Assembly: GCF_000237865.1 (NCBI RefSeq)
Contig: NC_017459.1
Location: 1,170,001-1,202,000, forward strand
DNA from: Haloquadratum walsbyi C23
GTDB lineage: Archaea; Halobacteriota; Halobacteria; Halobacteriales; Haloferacaceae
Direction: 5' to 3'
DNA length: 32,000 nt
Position numbers and translations under genes: made by a program. The notes below the pieces were generated by a model that did not search any database, was not told where the DNA came from, and saw nothing but the letters and a program-made list of their open reading frames with translations. This document shows, in pieces, positions 1-9,528 of this stretch (positions within the stretch are counted from its first letter, which is position 1; every line of letters begins with the position of its first letter).

Positions 1-520
1 ATCTTTAATCGAAATGAGTAGCATGTTATCCCTGAATACAGTCATAAGACGACGTCGATTGTCAAGAAATACCGATTCATGCAACTCATCAGAGGGTCAA
101 AATCAAAGTCGATCGGGATAGTACAAACGTCACAATAAAGAGGCGATAGGCGATCCCCGCTGGGTAGAGGGGAATATACTTATTCCGATTAATTTTTGAA
201 CAGCTACTGATGATCGAAATCGCACTTTTTGATGACGAAACTGCGACGCAGTCTCAGGTCATTATGGAACCAATGTATCATGAATACTGACTCCTCATAC
301 CAGCACTCCAGAGAAAACACTGATAATTTCAGATTTCTCCGTATCCCCACTGAGGTCAGGTGACGATTCAGCTGAAATATTTGAATCATTTCTGCGATTA
401 TCATTGCTCAATTTGGTTCTATTCAGCTATACCCGTCATCAGACGAACATGGGTATTCAACAGAAGCATCCCAGTACATACTTCGTGCGGTTTTAGTGAC
501 TGGTGAGTGTAAATTAGATT

Positions 521-1234
521 ATGTCACACCGAGTCCTTGTTCCGCTTGAACTACCAGATGCCGACTCGGTTCCAGCGGCGTTAGCGAAAACGATCACATC
601 GATGGAAGTAGTTCTACTCGGTCACTATGGATTGCCAGACCAAACGCCACCTTCAGCAGCCCGTGATCAGTTCGGGGATGAAGCTCGAGAAGAACTTGCC
701 GAGCTCGCGCAATCGCTTGAGGATGTAGAAGCATCTGTAACTACTCGGGTCGTGTTCGGGAAGGCTCGTGATAAGACGATTGACCGTGTCGCTGTTGAAG
801 AAGAATGTGATGTGATTTTGACCTCAGGCGACGCAGATGAGATTACACAGGTTCTTGTGCCCCTTCGTGGTAAGAAGAACTTTGATCGAATCCTTTCATT
901 TACCGAGGAGTTATTGACGGCAACGGGAGCAGCCGTCACGCTATTTCACAGAGGTGAGGAATCAGACCGGATACCAGGTGAAGAAATTCTTTCAGATGCG
1001 ACAGACCGCTTAATTCAGGCAGGTGTTGATGCTGATCGAATTAGCCAGCGACTGTCAGAAGATGATGATACAACTCAAAGTATCGTTGATCTTGGTGAAG
1101 AGTTTGATGTCCTGGTATTAGGTGAAACTGAACCCTCACTGCGCGACCAAATCTTTGGCAATGTTCCTGCACAGGTGACTGCTGACACAGAGGACCCTGC
1201 TTTTGTCGTCCGAAACGCCGAAGAAGTATCATAA
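521..1234 (+). CDS. two-domain universal stress protein (USP)-like protein
   Basis: 237-aa strongly acidic ORF with ATG start. It has two consecutive alpha/beta halves with USP-like ends (..ECDVILTSG.. and ..FDVLVLGETEPSLRDQIFGNVPAQV..). The G-x2-G-x9-G(S/T) ATP motif is degenerate in both halves. Confidence 0.6.
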   Translation: MSHRVLVPLELPDADSVPAALAKTITSMEVVLLGHYGLPDQTPPSAARDQFGDEAREELAELAQSLEDVEASVTTRVVFGKARDKTIDRVAVEEECDVILTSGDADEITQVLVPLRGKKNFDRILSFTEELLTATGAAVTLFHRGEESDRIPGEEILSDATDRLIQAGVDADRISQRLSEDDDTTQSIVDLGEEFDVLVLGETEPSLRDQIFGNVPAQVTADTEDPAFVVRNAEEVS

Positions 1235-1266
1235 ATAACTTTGTATATCACTTGTCTATCATAGTA

Positions 1267-1372
1267 TTGACATCCTCTCGCGCCTGAAGACGCGGGCACT
1301 CTCCTTTCTATTTATAGTTGGGACATCTGAATCTTCAGGAGAAACCAGATTGAGTCCATGTATCCCATAGAT
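1267..1372 (-). repeat. copy A of dispersed structured repeat family (terminus GAGAGGATGTCAA on the minus strand)
   Basis: Minus-strand reading is CTATGGG...GAGTGCCCGCGTCTTCAGGCGCGAGAGGATGTCAA. The TCAA end lies 32 nt downstream of the USP stop codon, between convergent genes. Confidence 0.55.
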
Positions 1373-1487
1373 TATCTGACTATCAACAATCTGGGTATTT
1401 TCCGTCCGTCTCTAACCCAGATGAATAATACAGTGGATATGAGTTACCGTAGTATTATTTCACTCGAAGACGTTATAATCACAGAGA

Positions 1488-1790
1488 CTACGAGCCACGA
1501 ACAGAATAATAAATGCTTGCTAATCCAAGTCCAATCAGAAGCGACTCAATTGTGTAGAGAATTAACAGCGAGGATCCGGATATGTCGTACACACCGATGA
1601 CAGCAGGTGAATAAATAACCTCAGCAATGGTGCTGAGTGTAACAAGCCCAAAGCCGAGTGTTGCGTACTTTAAATTCGGCTTGCCAACGCGACGTTGGGC
1701 TCGAAACCCATAATAAGTGAGACTCCCCCCGATAACAAAGACGAAGATATTACTAAACAGTAACATCCAGAGGGTTGGGTCGCTACTCAT
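1488..1790 (-). CDS. small integral membrane protein (about 3 TM segments)
   Basis: 100-aa hydrophobic ORF. Its ATG overlaps the stop of the upstream regulator gene (ATGA at 1787-1790), which suggests translational coupling. The + strand ORF 1358-1600 looks like a shadow. Confidence 0.7.
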   Translation of the reverse strand: MSSDPTLWMLLFSNIFVFVIGGSLTYYGFRAQRRVGKPNLKYATLGFGLVTLSTIAEVIYSPAVIGVYDISGSSLLILYTIESLLIGLGLASIYYSVRGS

Positions 1791-2170
1791 GAGTCTGTAT
1801 CCGACTGATCATCCTGCTTTTGTGATTGTTCAAGATCCTCAATAAGTTCAGCGAACTGATCTACCGTATCTTTCTCAATATTGATGTTGATATCAAGCTG
1901 TCCCTCTTCGACGCTTATCGTAATTTCATTTAATTCGCTTTTGTATTCACTGTACTGGGTTCCATCAGCATCCCGTGTGATTTCCTCCGAGACAAGATTG
2001 TAATTTTCCATGGCTTGGATACGTCGATAAATAGTTGCCAATGATCGATCACAGATATCAGCGAGTTCCTTAACAGACATTGATCGAACATTCGTCGCGA
2101 CCAAAATCTGGCGAACATCTTCACTCGCCAACACGTCAAATATATCATCTGGGTTCCATGCTTTACTCAC
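1787..2170 (-). CDS. winged-helix HTH transcription regulator (ArsR-like)
   Basis: 127-aa ORF. The HTH segment is SMSVKELADICDRSLATIYRRIQAMENYNLV and the C-terminal tail is acidic. The start appears to be GTG at 2168-2170. The gene forms an operon with the membrane protein. Confidence 0.8.
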   Translation of the reverse strand: MSKAWNPDDIFDVLASEDVRQILVATNVRSMSVKELADICDRSLATIYRRIQAMENYNLVSEEITRDADGTQYSEYKSELNEITISVEEGQLDININIEKDTVDQFAELIEDLEQSQKQDDQSDTDS

Positions 2171-2171
2171 G

Positions 2172-2185
2172 TGTGATTAATCACA
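2172..2185. promoter_or_regulatory. perfect 14-bp palindrome TGTGATTAATCACA abutting the regulator start codon (candidate operator)
   Basis: Read directly. It sits immediately 5' of the GTG start at 2168-2170, and CACGTG (2168-2173) overlaps it. Confidence 0.4.
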
Positions 2186-2700
2186 GACCTGCAGTCACTC
2201 TTATTGATACGTGTAGCTCAATGAATTTTATTCCGGGACTAGGAGAGTGAGTACGAGTGTAGGCTCAGAAAGGAACGGTACTCAGAATACCAGCGACTGA
2301 GAGGAACCAAACAGTTTCAACTCGGGTTTCACCGTCTTGTTCTGGTCTATACTTACTGCAGCATTCAATTCAGTGTTCTGATACCTCTTCTTCTGAAGAC
2401 CGGATACGCCGCCTCCCAATATCATCATTACTGTGTTTTCTTTCTTTCATGACGCTCGATAGCTGAGTTAATCATACTCACGATATGACGAATCCTGTCA
2501 TCAAATGAGCAGTGAGCGCACCGATATCAGATCTTATAACTCATCGCTCATCTGTAAAAGCGAATACCCGTAGTTTCGACCCTCTCTGATCACAGGTGTC
2601 AGTTCGTTACTCTGCCGACTCTACACCCAATCTTCCGCAGGTACTGACTGCTACAGATGAGCGTAACTCGTTATATACGCTACTGATAAGCACAACTGAT

Positions 2701-4065
2701 CTAATCGCTGCTGGCGACTTCACCGTCCTGCTGTCCCTCCAGAATGACGCCAAGTGCCCCTTCGCGGTCGGTTCGACTTCGACCGTATATCAGATACCAC
2801 CCGATACCACCGACAATAATACCAGCCGCACCGAGGATTGGAAACATTCCCATCTGCGTGAGCAATGCCAATCCCCCGAAAAATCCAGCAAACTGGACGT
2901 ATGGATACCCTGGTGATTTAAATGACGGTTGATAAGAATCGACCTCACTTGTACGGAATACAATAAGAGCGACATTCACAAATGAAAATACAAGAATTTG
3001 GAATGCACTCGCTAACTTCGCTAACTCAACGACTGGCACAAATGCAATAAGTGCTAAGAGCAGACCGCCAGTGAGTAAAATTGAGTTTCTGGGAGTGCTG
3101 AATCGTTTACTCACAGTAGCAAGTTGAGTAGGTGCCAGTGAGTCTCGACTCATCGCTAATGGGAACCGCGAAGACGCTAGTACCCCGGCATTCGCCATAC
3201 TGGTTAATGCAAGTATTGCGATTAACGCGATTGCGACGACACCAAACCCGCCGAGCAGTTGATCTGCACCGTCTGCCATTGGGGTTAGTGATGGTCCACC
3301 ATTTGGACCACTTGTTGTCAAGACATTCGGGTCATTCAATCCGACCACAACTGCAACCACAAGCGTATAGAGCAGCATCATCACTCCCATTGAAATTAGA
3401 ATTCCAAGTGGTAAATTCCGATCAGGGTTTTCAATCTCCTCAGCGACACTTGCAATCTTTGTTACCCCAGCATAAGAGACAAACACAAACGCCGCTGCAG
3501 TCACGATTCCGTCTGCCCCCTTTGCAGTGAATCCCTGGAACCGCGTTGGCTCAATGATAAATCCTGAGTTGAGAACATATGCGGCGAGCGCAAACACAAC
3601 AGCAGTGACAATAATCGATTGAGCTTTGCCACTTTGTTCTGTGCCGACAATATTGAGTACAACAATGAGTGCTGCGAGTCCGAGCGCGACAATCTTGATT
3701 AATCCATCCGATATTGGGATAAGCAATAACAGGTATGCGCCGAGTCCAACTAATGCGAAGGAACTCTTAAACACCAGCGAGAACCACGCGCCAATTCCAG
3801 CGATTGTTCCAGCCAATGGTCCCATCGCGCGGTCGATATAAAGATATGTCCCACCAGACTCAGGCATAGCAGTCGCCATTTCTGCCTTTGAGAGTGCGGC
3901 CGGTAAGACGACCAACCCCGCTAGAATATAGGCGAGAATGACTGCTGGTCCGGCTTTTTTTAATCCCAATGCAGGAAGCACAAAAATACCACTGCCAATC
4001 ATTGCGCCCATGCTAATCGTGACTGTCGCATACAGACCAAGATCTCGTTCGAGATCGTTTTTCAT
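2701..4065 (-). CDS. APC-superfamily amino acid permease
   Basis: 454-aa polytopic ORF with about 12 TM segments. The N-terminal segment TISMGAMIGSGIFVLP and GGTYLYIDRA are typical of APC/cationic amino acid transporters. Confidence 0.88.
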   Translation of the reverse strand: MKNDLERDLGLYATVTISMGAMIGSGIFVLPALGLKKAGPAVILAYILAGLVVLPAALSKAEMATAMPESGGTYLYIDRAMGPLAGTIAGIGAWFSLVFKSSFALVGLGAYLLLLIPISDGLIKIVALGLAALIVVLNIVGTEQSGKAQSIIVTAVVFALAAYVLNSGFIIEPTRFQGFTAKGADGIVTAAAFVFVSYAGVTKIASVAEEIENPDRNLPLGILISMGVMMLLYTLVVAVVVGLNDPNVLTTSGPNGGPSLTPMADGADQLLGGFGVVAIALIAILALTSMANAGVLASSRFPLAMSRDSLAPTQLATVSKRFSTPRNSILLTGGLLLALIAFVPVVELAKLASAFQILVFSFVNVALIVFRTSEVDSYQPSFKSPGYPYVQFAGFFGGLALLTQMGMFPILGAAGIIVGGIGWYLIYGRSRTDREGALGVILEGQQDGEVASSD

Positions 4066-4165
4066 CTGATAATCATCTCCAAAAGAGTGAGGTGTGAGTT
4101 ATGCCAGTTGTGCAATATGTTTTTATTCTTATGCCCCTGTTTATTTTTGAGTGTCGCCACATGAA

Positions 4166-4187
4166 AATAATGCGTTAATAATGCGTT
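4166..4187 (+). repeat. perfect tandem duplication of the 11-mer AATAATGCGTT
   Basis: Read directly at 4166-4176 and 4177-4187, about 100 nt upstream of the permease start. Confidence 0.9.
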
Positions 4188-4548
4188 CATAATTGCTGTA
4201 TGTACTATCAAAATTTTAAAAATGAATTTATAATACCCGTCAGATCAAGATCAAAAATTTGCGATAGGGATGACAGTATTGAACCAATCTGTGCTGACAG
4301 AAAACGACTGAATATCGCAATGTGTGTCATTATTGATTCAAGATACTTAATACGAGGTATTTGTTCAATCGTATCGAATCCGTTGAAGTCATTAATGTCG
4401 CTGTGTACATATGTTTGTTAGTATTGATTGGATGAGCTTCATATCTAATTTATTTTGCTCAGTCTGTGGTAGACTTCATTCAGTACCAGTCGTATAGTTC
4501 ATACATCCGATATAACAGTCATCCTGAAATTCTGTCCTCGTATACAGA

Positions 4549-5259
4549 TCATCCAATCAAGAGCTTTTGTACATCATCAAGAATACTCGCCTCCGCAGCA
4601 ACAAGATATCGGCGGCTCCGTTCAAGAGTCGTTTCAGGACGAGCAACCTCGGTCCCCTCAGCATCTGAAATTACATGACATCCATCAGGAAGTAATATCT
4701 CATTTAATTGCTTACCAGCTGCGGGGGACTGTGGGTGCACCCGAATATTGAGGATGTTCAAGTCTCCTGTAACCTGTTCTAATGTTCTGACATCATCCTC
4801 TTGAATCCGATTGACTGTTGCTTTTGATCCGGTCCGCTCAGGATATACAATCTCGTCAATGAATTCATTTTCTATATCCGATCGCTCAAGACTATTAACT
4901 CGCGCAATGGTTCGAAGATTACTCGTCAGGTGTTGCATCTCCGCACAAATCGCAAAGTTAGTTGTTGCATCACCGGTCAGAGCGGCAAGGACATCTGCCT
5001 GTGATGGTTCTGCTTGTTGCAGAATCTGTGGATCTTCTGCATCACCCTCAATCACGACACCTGTCCAGTCATCAATTACCTCTTTAATGCTCTCAGAATG
5101 ACGCTCGATAAGATAGACCTCATGACCATAATCAGTCAACAGCTGAGCTGTTCGACGTCCAATCCGTCCTGCACCGGCAATAATAATATGTTGTTCTGGT
5201 GTCCGATTCCTTTGCGTGTCTGAGTTGGGACCATTCACGCATCCAAGCGCTGAATTCAC
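4549..5259 (-). CDS. trkA: TrkA-type RCK protein (TrkA-N plus TrkA-C), stand-alone
   Basis: 236 aa. It has the Rossmann motif IIIAGAGRIGRRTAQLL and a C-terminal TrkA-C-like segment (LNILNIRVHPQSPAAGKQLNEILLP). It is a paralog of the ORF at 11611-12264. Confidence 0.88.
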   Translation of the reverse strand: MNSALGCVNGPNSDTQRNRTPEQHIIIAGAGRIGRRTAQLLTDYGHEVYLIERHSESIKEVIDDWTGVVIEGDAEDPQILQQAEPSQADVLAALTGDATTNFAICAEMQHLTSNLRTIARVNSLERSDIENEFIDEIVYPERTGSKATVNRIQEDDVRTLEQVTGDLNILNIRVHPQSPAAGKQLNEILLPDGCHVISDAEGTEVARPETTLERSRRYLVAAEASILDDVQKLLIG

Positions 5260-5702
5260 TAGAAAAAGTTACCTTTTGTCGATTTAAAATATAATTGGGT
5301 ATTTGCGGGCTCCGCAAAAATGGTTGCTTCCCAAAGCGCAACACACCAGGTCTTCATGCGCTTTCACGACTGGCTTCAGAATGTTGAGACAGAATATAAT
5401 ACTGATGTGATAGTAATCACGGACATTTACGTTTATGATATATAAAAGATCTAACTTTTATACACACTTCGATAATACCATATAATTATAAACATGAATT
5501 GCACTTTGACTCATTACTTTCGACAGGTTATTAGGATAGAAAAGGTAATATTTGTCTGAATTTATCTCTATCTCACACTCACATGACGTATTATCGCTGA
5601 CCACAGACGAACCACTCGACAACGTTTTAATTCCATGAAAGAGGTTACCATCGGAGAATGATAAAGAAGTTTTCACCCGATTTTAGTGATTATTAGGCGT
5701 AT

Positions 5703-7346
5703 ATGACACGATTCGGATGGAGGCAGCGTTTTATATTATCGTTATTTGGCGTTGCACTGCTCGTATTGATTTATTCACTTCTATATCAATGGGCAATATT
5801 CAGATTTGAAGGGGTCAACATAACAATATTTCAGTCGTTACAGACCGTTATTGAGATATTCACAACAGCCGGATTCGGAGGAGATACTCAGTATTGGAAC
5901 ACAGCTCCAATGAACCTTCTCGTGATTGGAATGAATCTTACCGGTGTTCTCCTCGTCTTCTTAGCACTCCCAGTGTTTGCTATTCCACTCTTTCAGCAGG
6001 CACTTGAAAATAACCCGCAGCAGTCGACCACGATTAGCGATCATATTATTATTTGCTCATACAATTCGCGTGAGAATGTCCTTCGATCAGAACTTGAGGC
6101 TGCAGATGTCCCATATGTCATTATCGATACCGACGCTGAAAAAGTCTTAGAGCTGAATAATAATGGAGTCGAAGCAATTTGTGGTGATCCCGAACAAGAG
6201 CAGGCACTCAAAGCAGCGAATATATCTGCGGCTCAAGCGCTCGTAACTGACGTTTCTGATACAGAAAATATCCCAGTGATTCTGACTGCAAAGGAACTAG
6301 AAGAAGATCTGAGGATCATCAGTGTTGCTGAAAATGAGCAAGATGCGGAGTATCACCGGTATGCAGGTGCTGACCGGGTTATTCGACCTCGACAGGCTCT
6401 TGGAAATGCGCTTGCTAGTAGGGCGACGCTTCCAATTACACAAAAGCTTCTCCAAACGGTCGAATTGAGTGACGAGTTTAATATTTCAGAACTTCGCATC
6501 GAAGACGACAGCGAACTTGCAGGCCAAACGCTTGCAGAATTAAAGCTTCAAGAGCGAATGGGTGTCACGATCATCGGGGTATGGTCCAATGGAAAGTTTA
6601 TCTCTGCACCAGGACCTGATATCCGAATAGATGAGAATATGTTTTTATTGGTCGCTGGAAGTTATGAGGCGCTTACAGAGGTAACCACTCAAACGGTTTC
6701 TCCAAAGCTCTCTGCGAATGATCAGGTTATCGTCGCGGGATACGGCGTTGTTGGTCAATCAACTGTTGAGACATTAGAGGAAAATGGCGTATCGCCTACC
6801 GTGATAGATATGAATGATGATGATAGAGTAGACGTGACTGGCGATATCACGAATAGGGAGACATTTGCCAAAGCTGGCATTGAGAACACTCGATTTGTTA
6901 TCTTAGCAGTTGACGATGATTCGACTACGATGTATGCGACGGTCGCTATCAAAGAGTCTGCGCCTGACACTGAGATGATTGCACGAGCGAATAGTATCGA
7001 AAACACAGCAAAACTGTATCGAGCCGGTGCTCGGTATGTTCTTTCGCTATCGACAGTCACCGGACGAATGCTTTCTTCGGTTCTCTTAGAAGATGAAGAG
7101 GTATTGACGCTTGAAACACAGTTCGAGATTGTCCGGACAACTGCACCTGAACTTGCTGGTCAGACGCTTCGTGGGGCAGCTATCCGCGACAGAACCGGGG
7201 CCACAGTTGTCGCAATTGAACGAGACGGTGAGTTACTGACGAACCCTGAGCCTGATTTGCGAATGAAAGAGAATGATCAATTCATCGTCACGGGGAGTAG
7301 TAATGTGATAAATAACTTTACTGAGACATTTAGATACTCAAGATGA
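5703..7346 (+). CDS. 2-TM potassium-channel-like protein with two RCK (TrkA-N/TrkA-C) modules
   Basis: 547 aa. The layout is TM1, pore helix, filter-like TTAGFGGD, TM2, then two RCK modules. The second module has an intact VAGYGVVGQ motif. The first has a degenerate IIICSYNSRE in place of GxGxxG. Confidence 0.85.
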   Translation: MTRFGWRQRFILSLFGVALLVLIYSLLYQWAIFRFEGVNITIFQSLQTVIEIFTTAGFGGDTQYWNTAPMNLLVIGMNLTGVLLVFLALPVFAIPLFQQALENNPQQSTTISDHIIICSYNSRENVLRSELEAADVPYVIIDTDAEKVLELNNNGVEAICGDPEQEQALKAANISAAQALVTDVSDTENIPVILTAKELEEDLRIISVAENEQDAEYHRYAGADRVIRPRQALGNALASRATLPITQKLLQTVELSDEFNISELRIEDDSELAGQTLAELKLQERMGVTIIGVWSNGKFISAPGPDIRIDENMFLLVAGSYEALTEVTTQTVSPKLSANDQVIVAGYGVVGQSTVETLEENGVSPTVIDMNDDDRVDVTGDITNRETFAKAGIENTRFVILAVDDDSTTMYATVAIKESAPDTEMIARANSIENTAKLYRAGARYVLSLSTVTGRMLSSVLLEDEEVLTLETQFEIVRTTAPELAGQTLRGAAIRDRTGATVVAIERDGELLTNPEPDLRMKENDQFIVTGSSNVINNFTETFRYSR

Positions 7347-7583
7347 CTTCACTTTGATCAGTCTCAGTGAGCGTGAATCGGTTTTTATTCTTCTTCTTGC
7401 ATCGACATGAGTCACGTTGATTGACCCTTAATCTTGTAAGCCTCGGCGGGAGACACAGATGCTCAGGTGATTATCAGTTATATATTTGATATGAAAATAA
7501 TCTGTGCACAACTGAGTTATTCTGGGGGTATAGCTCCAACTATTTCATGACTCAGTGAGAGAAATCAACCGTATTCTGATATA

Positions 7584-7793
7584 TCACTCATCAGTCGTAT
7601 CAATACCGAGTGCTTCATTCAGTCCACAAAAACAGGTTACTGTATTAAATCCAAGTCCGATCGCCCCAGCAGCAGCCAGTATTGCAAATTTATACTTCCT
7701 CTGTTGAAGCGTATTCACTGCAGTGAGAGTCAGAAGAATGGTAAACACTCCACGCATGAGACGGTCGCGACCGCCGACGTTCGTTTCAACCAT
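7584..7793 (-). CDS. DUF2892 (YgaP-like) small membrane protein
   Basis: 69 aa. It has N-terminal GGRDRLMR, two TM segments and a C-terminal CFCGLNEALGI segment characteristic of this family. Confidence 0.65.
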   Translation of the reverse strand: MVETNVGGRDRLMRGVFTILLTLTAVNTLQQRKYKFAILAAAGAIGLGFNTVTCFCGLNEALGIDTTDE

Positions 7794-7956
7794 AGAAGAA
7801 CAATGAGACGCATCCGATTTATATTTTATCTCACAGTAACAGGGAGTGAAACAGGTATGTGAATTCCCTCGAAGAGTGTGCAGTACTTAAACGGCAAATA
7901 CACGTCAGCTGTGTAAGTAGTGCATATCTCTTCTCGTCGACGATATTGGTGGCTCG

Positions 7957-9303
7957 CTATTCTGAAATGGCTGTTGTGCTAGCGTCACCAAGTTGCGCCC
8001 GAAGATGTGACCCGATCAATAAGATCGTCGCAAATAATATCACTGCTGCGAAAAGCAAGACACTGCCTGAAAGGAGAGTGAGACCACTGGTAATCTGACT
8101 AATCACGAAGTTCCCAGCAAGTATACTTGCAACACTGAATACGGCAATGCCGCCGATATTAATAGCGACACTTGGAGGGTCACCAGTTGTTTGTGAGTCA
8201 TTTAATAATACTAATACGAGCGCAAGTGCAAATGGTGTCCCAACTGTCCCGACTGCCAGCACAAGCACTAATTGTCCTAAGAACGCACCGGGAATGAACA
8301 CGCCAGCGCCACTGACAAGTGCTGTCCCAGCCAGCAGGACTCGATACCGTGTATCTTCTACGTTTGTCTCCCAAGTGAGCTTATCAGCGATGACGTACAC
8401 CGGTACAAGAGTATTGCCTCCAAGTGTCGATACAGCCGCTCCAAGAAGCCCGATTAAAAAGACTCGTTGAGCGAACGAGCCAGCAATTGGTTCGAGCGCC
8501 TGTGCTGCACCAATCGCTTGTAATCCTTGTGTATCGATATTCCCAAACAATGCCCCAGCGGCGACAAGAAATGTGGCGATACTAAAAACTCCAAACGCAA
8601 CGAGCATAGAGACACTAATATCAAATCGAGCGATATCAGCATCAGATTGTGTCCATCCACGAGCTTTCACCGTGTAAGTCTGCATTGTAATGATTGTCAC
8701 GTGAACCGCGCCTCCAACGATGCCGGCAGCGGCAATTGCGCCACCAATCGGGACTGTCGGAAAGAGTCCACTGACCGCGGCTCCTGAATCGATGGGAACG
8801 ACAAACAGTGACGCAATGAATGCAAGCACAACTCCTGTGACGACTACCTTCGCCCCAATTTCAGCAATTCGATATCCACCACCAGCGAGTCCAACCGTGA
8901 GAAAGACAGCCCATATAACACCCCAAGACTCAGCACCAAATGGCATTAATAATCCTGAAACACTGGCAACAGTTTTCATAATGACTAATTGTGCAAAACC
9001 GGCAACAAGGACAACATCCGCGACCAACAACCATGCCCATTTTGTCCCCAGTCGTCGTTCAACGGTTTTGATAAGACCCTCATTTGTCTCCAATGCGAGT
9101 TTTGTTGCGAGATACTGCGCCAACGCACCAAAAATAGCCGAGATGACCACAACCCAGAGGAGTGCGTACCCAAAGTTTGCACCACCACTCAGTAAACTTG
9201 CCATAGAAGCCGGTCCTGCCGCAATCGCTCCTGCTAGCCACGTCGGACCTAACTGTGAAATCTTCTCGCTCAGTGAATGCTGTTTGCCTGTTGATTGACT
9301 CAT
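7957..9303 (-). CDS. NRAMP-fold (SLC11-related) transporter, non-canonical
   Basis: 448 aa. The N-terminus LGPTWLAGAIAAGPASMASLLSGGANFGYALLWVVV aligns with MntH ([35 protein letters not shown]). However, DPGN is replaced by GPAS and the TM6 MPH motif by HVT. Confidence 0.75.
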   Translation of the reverse strand: MSQSTGKQHSLSEKISQLGPTWLAGAIAAGPASMASLLSGGANFGYALLWVVVISAIFGALAQYLATKLALETNEGLIKTVERRLGTKWAWLLVADVVLVAGFAQLVIMKTVASVSGLLMPFGAESWGVIWAVFLTVGLAGGGYRIAEIGAKVVVTGVVLAFIASLFVVPIDSGAAVSGLFPTVPIGGAIAAAGIVGGAVHVTIITMQTYTVKARGWTQSDADIARFDISVSMLVAFGVFSIATFLVAAGALFGNIDTQGLQAIGAAQALEPIAGSFAQRVFLIGLLGAAVSTLGGNTLVPVYVIADKLTWETNVEDTRYRVLLAGTALVSGAGVFIPGAFLGQLVLVLAVGTVGTPFALALVLVLLNDSQTTGDPPSVAINIGGIAVFSVASILAGNFVISQITSGLTLLSGSVLLFAAVILFATILLIGSHLRAQLGDASTTAISE

Positions 9304-9528
9304 GTATGTTACCGTTATTATGTGGTGGTTAAAACATTATTAATCAGTGTTACCACAGTAGAAATCTCTTTTATCCGGTGATTCTGTATCAGTGCAATCT
9401 TACTCAGCACATCTGATTTGTATAGACGCATGTGAAAAATTGAGCATTCGAGCCTCCACATCAAGTAAAAAACAACATATAACGACAATTAGAAGTAGTA
9501 ATGATATTGATATTATATTGATATATCG

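Noticed and set aside
204-404. 66-aa ORF in the first 520 nt.
   Set aside because: It has a basic, hydrophobic, non-halophilic composition, no motif and an AT-rich context. I could not support any gene in 1-520.
2370-2450. 26-codon minus-strand ORF (MKERKHSNDDIGRRRIRSSEEEVSEH) in the 530-nt spacer.
   Set aside because: It is too short to support from sequence alone, with no recognisable motif or conserved context.
4200-4678. ORFs 4200-4421 and 4466-4678. The same applies to 5458-5676 in the trkA/channel spacer.
   Set aside because: They lie in AT-rich intergenic sequence, and their translations are Cys/Ile/Arg/Tyr-rich with no acidic bias or motif. ORF 4466-4678 also overlaps the trkA 3' end.
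5303-5317. TTGCGG-gct-CCGCAA hairpin upstream of trkA.
   Set aside because: The 6-bp stem is real, but it is short, isolated and has no recognisable associated signal. It is not strong enough to call as a feature.
7431-7475. AAGCCTCGGCGGGAGAC...GTGATTATCA, weakly similar to copy B.
   Set aside because: The similarity is limited to AAGCCTCG and a TCA end. The hairpin loop and GGATGTCAA are absent.
8720-9298. Long antisense ORFs inside well-supported genes. Examples are 8720-9298(+), 8147-8470(+), 3132-3530(+), 11565-11993(-), 15578-15928(+), 23714-24259(+), 25372-25836(+), 27435-27983(+) and 10617-11024(-).
   Set aside because: They fully overlap genes with clear family motifs. Their translations are Pro/Arg/Ser/Thr-rich and low in complexity, unlike the acidic proteome. 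They are typical shadow ORFs.
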